Assembly (NCBI GenBank): GCA_032249235.1
Contig: JAVVGF010000003.1
Location: 128,001 to 192,000 of the forward strand
Direction: 5' to 3'
Length of the DNA stretch: 64,000 bases
DNA from: Thermoproteota archaeon
Lineage (GTDB): Archaea > Thermoproteota > Thermoprotei > Gearchaeales > Gearchaeaceae
The notes under the pieces were generated by a model. It did no database searches. It was not told where the DNA came from and worked only from the letters and a program-made list of their open reading frames with translations. This document shows, one piece after another, positions 60,715 to 64,000 of the stretch. The stretch's first letter is position 1. The number at the start of each line of letters is the position of its first letter. The position numbers and the translations under genes are program-made.

Positions 60715-61866
60715 TTATTTATTTACTATAACAACCTGGGTCGCATAAACAAGAGGAACGCCGATGATGGTTACGATATAGATAGCTTTTCTTTGGAATT
60801 CTATGATTTCTTTACTAATTTTTCCATCATAACGTTTTGTTAAATATTCGAAATTTAAAGCTCCTTTGTAAACTAAAGTAACCTTTTGTCCAGCTTTAAG
60901 CTCAAAGCCGGTTGAATTTTCTAATATATTCAGTATTTCTTTATATGTTGCATTTACTACAGGAGTTATTGTACCGTTTGGCAATACCTGGAATATTTCA
61001 AACATGAATCTAGGTATCATTTGTTGAGGCTGAATTGGTAAAATTGAAGATATACCTCTAATGAAAATAAGCTTCAAGTAAATTGTTTCATTGCTCACAT
61101 TTTGAACCGTGATATTAAACCCGTCTTGGCTTATTGTTACGTTGAGTATTTCTAATTTATGAAATCTATAAAGCTTTACAAGTTCATTGAAAATCTTGCT
61201 TTCCTTTAGACTTAATTTTATCTTGTGCTTAAATACATCCTCAACATTCTTATTCTGAAGTATCTCATTTACATCGCTAACAATATAGGCTTTTGCAAAA
61301 GGTACAAGCATAAAAGTTGCGTTCGCTTCGCCATTAATTAAAACTCGAGGTATTAGATCGATCAAAACTCCTTGAGTAGAATTCGTCAAATTCAAAGGAG
61401 GTTCAATTCTAACAAGTAGCTCATTTGAAGGAAGTTTTGCTGTATAATTTTGACCTTCATAAGTCACTTGAGCTGAAGCGTTTGTAAATCTAATTAAATT
61501 ATAGTTGCCTTGAGGTAATTTTGCAACACTTATTACTTGTGTCAGATTAACAAGACCCATAAGCTCTATTTCACTTGATTGATTCAAAGAAATCCAAGCG
61601 TCTGTTTCTAATTTATGAATCAAGACGTTGCCATATTTCAAATAAATTGCTGTAATGTTTGGAAATGTTAATGGCGGATCGGTAATAAACAATACAAAGT
61701 TATAGTTTGCAGCCTGAATCGGTGTCGTTTGAGTAATTGGAGAACTTGTAGTTTGCGTACTTGTCGGTGTTACTGCTCCTTTTGGTAGCATTTGAATATA
61801 TGTATATGCTAGAAGAGATGCTATGATTACTACAACTACAACACCTATTAGTACTTCTCTTTTCAT
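60715..61866 (-). CDS. DUF4382-like membrane-anchored surface protein
   Basis: N-terminal TM, Thr/Ser-rich linker, ITDPP, YNLIRF, LPS; many NxS/T sequons. Confidence 0.75.
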   Translation of the reverse strand: MKREVLIGVVVVVIIASLLAYTYIQMLPKGAVTPTSTQTTSSPITQTTPIQAANYNFVLFITDPPLTFPNITAIYLKYGNVLIHKLETDAWISLNQSSEIELMGLVNLTQVISVAKLPQGNYNLIRFTNASAQVTYEGQNYTAKLPSNELLVRIEPPLNLTNSTQGVLIDLIPRVLINGEANATFMLVPFAKAYIVSDVNEILQNKNVEDVFKHKIKLSLKESKIFNELVKLYRFHKLEILNVTISQDGFNITVQNVSNETIYLKLIFIRGISSILPIQPQQMIPRFMFEIFQVLPNGTITPVVNATYKEILNILENSTGFELKAGQKVTLVYKGALNFEYLTKRYDGKISKEIIEFQRKAIYIVTIIGVPLVYATQVVIVNK

Positions 61867-61959
61867 ATGCTTTCTTAGCTCAGTTTTTTAAATAATGCTA
61901 GACTTTTTTACGCAAAAATATAAGCATTTGAACAGTTTTTTGAAAAAGCTTATAAAAGC

Positions 61960-62410
61960 TTGAACGGAACAATTAAAGAAAATTATCCACAGAAGGTGAA
62001 AGATTTCTTAAGGTAAGACTATGAAACAGATGAAGAACACACTGGTGAAGCTTTAGAACTGGTAGAAAAATACGTTAAACTTCCTCAGAGATTGCAAATA
62101 ACAGTCATTGTAAACTGAAGAGAAGTTGGAACAAAGCAAACAGGATGCGCACTATATGGGGCTAGATGGGGAGAATGTTATGAAAACATTATAACGAAAA
62201 TTATTCTTCTGTCGCAATATATGTACAGAAGAGTTCTCAAATATGGTAAAGGAAGTTAAAAAAGGACTGGATGGAATAGAATAAACGAATTGATCATAGA
62301 AGGTAACTATTATAAAGGAAGAATATGTATAGCAAAAATGATATCAATGAGTTTAAATTCTATGTTAAATTTAATGAAAGTGCGAATATTGATATTTTTA
62401 ATGAACTAAC
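61960..62410 (+). pseudogene. Degenerate gene remnant of unknown function
   Basis: Coding-like fragments (DYETDEEHTGEALELVEKYVKLPQ; GTKQTGCALYGARWGECY) broken by stops. Confidence 0.3.
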
Positions 62411-62464
62411 TTAGTTTTTAATTTTTAGATAAATTCGATAAAATTTTCTTTAGTTACATGTGTT

Positions 62465-62840
62465 TCTAAAACTTTTATTACCGTTAGTTCAAATGGATCT
62501 TTATCAATTATGATAAAATCAGCATGTTTTCATGATATATCTAATCCTAACTTTGTGAATCCATAGCAGTAATTAAAGTGTAAAACTCTTCCTAGTTTTA
62601 TAAATCACTTTTTTAACCATTCTTTCCTGTATTTACATAAAAATTCTTCTTTTTGAATACAACAGCAAGAGAGATATCCACCTCTTCTTAATAATCAATG
62701 AGCATCATGAGCTTCTAGCCAAACGCGTATCATACTTCATGCTGTAGTACGTATTTAATACTTATTATATTCTCTGTAGCTAACAGATGAGCGAAATGCA
62801 GTGTTGAATCAGCTGAAATGCATACTTCCAAAATCGGAAA
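62465..62840 (-). pseudogene. Possible amidohydrolase C-terminal remnant
   Basis: Fragment KHADFIIIDKDPFE resembles the amidohydrolase ADxV/I motif; multiple stops. Confidence 0.3.
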
Positions 62841-62850
62841 CTTTTAAACT

Positions 62851-63372
62851 TTAATCGAATATTTTTGCCATCAGAAGCATATCATGGTAGCGCCAGTCAA
62901 CTCCAAAATATGCATCTTTTAAAATGCCTTCCACAACAAAACCCATCTTCATGTAGAGGTGAACTGCCCTCGTGTTATCTTTTACGACCTCAAGAAAAAC
63001 TCTATGCAACCCTTTCCTTCTTGCCAGTTCGAGCGCGAAGGTCATCATTTGTGTCCCCAATCCCTTATTCAGGTAATCCTGATGCAGGTAAATGATGAGT
63101 TCCCCTATTCCTTTTAGTCTTGGCAAAGTAGATACAAAGATCTGTAGATGCCCCACAACCTTCTCATGATCAAGAGCAAGAACTATTATATCTCGACCGA
63201 GCCCAGAAAGAAATCTTTCTATTCGTGTTCTATCATAAGGCGGGAGACCGTAAATGAGGACCTCTTCCGAAAGAGATTTATAAAAATCAGTCAATCTATC
63301 AATATCATCACTCATAGCCTCTCTTAACAAGATACGTCTTACGTCTTTCAACTCAACTTCTTTCACAGTCAT
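62851..63372 (-). CDS. GNAT family N-acetyltransferase
   Basis: YLNKGLG (motif A), LEVVKDNTRAVHLYMKMGF. Confidence 0.9.
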   Translation of the reverse strand: MTVKEVELKDVRRILLREAMSDDIDRLTDFYKSLSEEVLIYGLPPYDRTRIERFLSGLGRDIIVLALDHEKVVGHLQIFVSTLPRLKGIGELIIYLHQDYLNKGLGTQMMTFALELARRKGLHRVFLEVVKDNTRAVHLYMKMGFVVEGILKDAYFGVDWRYHDMLLMAKIFD

Positions 63373-63620
63373 GCTATAGATCGTTAGCGATAATTCGATA
63401 TATAACTTTGCAGTAAACTGGAATCCATATTTTTAAATTTTTTATTTTCATATTATGGAATTGGCTGTTCACATATATTAATATGACAAAAATTTATGTC
63501 GCAAACAGGTTGAACTTAAGAGGAATGATAAAACCACACATCAGGTTAAATGATTTATCTATTATACAACGCATGATTACGTCCTCAAAAGTCTAAATAA
63601 TCATCTAATCATTATAATAA

Positions 63621-64000
63621 ATGATGTTAAATAAAAAGAATACAAGAAAGAAAACTATATATATAAGTATTCCAATTATTGCTCTGATTTTATTAGTATG
63701 GATAGTAGTACCCCAATATTTTACAAATGATAGGAATAATCTTTCAAATGATACAGAAGTTAATTTGCCATCATTAAACCTTCATCTTGTTTTTTATAGG
63801 TATGGTAATGTATCTTCGAACATTTTGGCATGGCTTTCTATGATAGGTGTTAATACTATTGATTTATCAAAAGCTACTCTTAAAGAAAATTCAGTTGTAA
63901 TAATGGATGCTTCATCAATTTCAAAAGGATTACCGAACAATCTTGGCTTATTATTTTCAAAGTTCCAAAACGTTAAGAAAACGCTCATAATAGTTATACA
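63621..64000 (+). CDS. Membrane-anchored hypothetical protein; runs off the window edge
   Basis: Not in the ORF track; open frame MMLNKKNTRKKTIYISIPIIALILLVWIVVPQ... to the window end. Confidence 0.65.
   Translation, partial: MMLNKKNTRKKTIYISIPIIALILLVWIVVPQYFTNDRNNLSNDTEVNLPSLNLHLVFYRYGNVSSNILAWLSMIGVNTIDLSKATLKENSVVIMDASSISKGLPNNLGLLFSKFQNVKKTLIIVI

Noticed and set aside
62784-62830. GATGA...TTGA...CTGA as a possible C/D box sRNA
   Set aside because: Box spacing does not fit two guide regions and I found no clear rRNA or tRNA complement.
130-63988. Numerous 60-125 aa ORFs antisense to or nested in recognised genes (e.g. 130-315, 13076-13429, 18860-19234, 35847-36167, 41895-42215, 63794-63988)
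   Set aside because: Shadow ORFs of real genes, with no motifs or independent promoters.

Overview
This is an AT-rich, gene-dense archaeal chromosome segment, most consistent with an aerobic or microaerophilic Thermoproteota (crenarchaeal-type) organism; that assignment is inferred from gene content and from TATA boxes about 25-30 nt upstream of leaderless starts. Most of it is housekeeping and heterotrophic metabolism: Trm14, TrpB2, GAPN, CoaBC, AlaX, MsrA, adenine deaminase, a ba3-type oxidase cbaDBA (the small cbaD is missed by the ORF track), ETF, transporters, a HEPN-MNT toxin-antitoxin pair, two heptad-repeat PD-(D/E)XK proteins and several frameshifted or decayed genes. I saw no rRNA, tRNA, CRISPR array or intact IS element. 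The most notable signals are: (1) a K-turn hairpin at about 42700-42762 whose two arms are antisense to the conserved 5' end of archaeal 16S rRNA, a candidate non-canonical pseudouridylation guide or U3-like RNA; (2) a Trp-containing leader ORF with mutually exclusive hairpins over the trpB2 start; (3) a lactonase/transhydrogenase/channel/2-hydroxyacid dehydrogenase cluster suggesting lactone catabolism; (4) a protoglobin with a remodelled distal pocket directly upstream of etfBA; (5) an SPFH/zinc-ribbon operon resembling Bacillus pspA-ydjGHI. All family calls come from motif recognition by eye; no database search was run.
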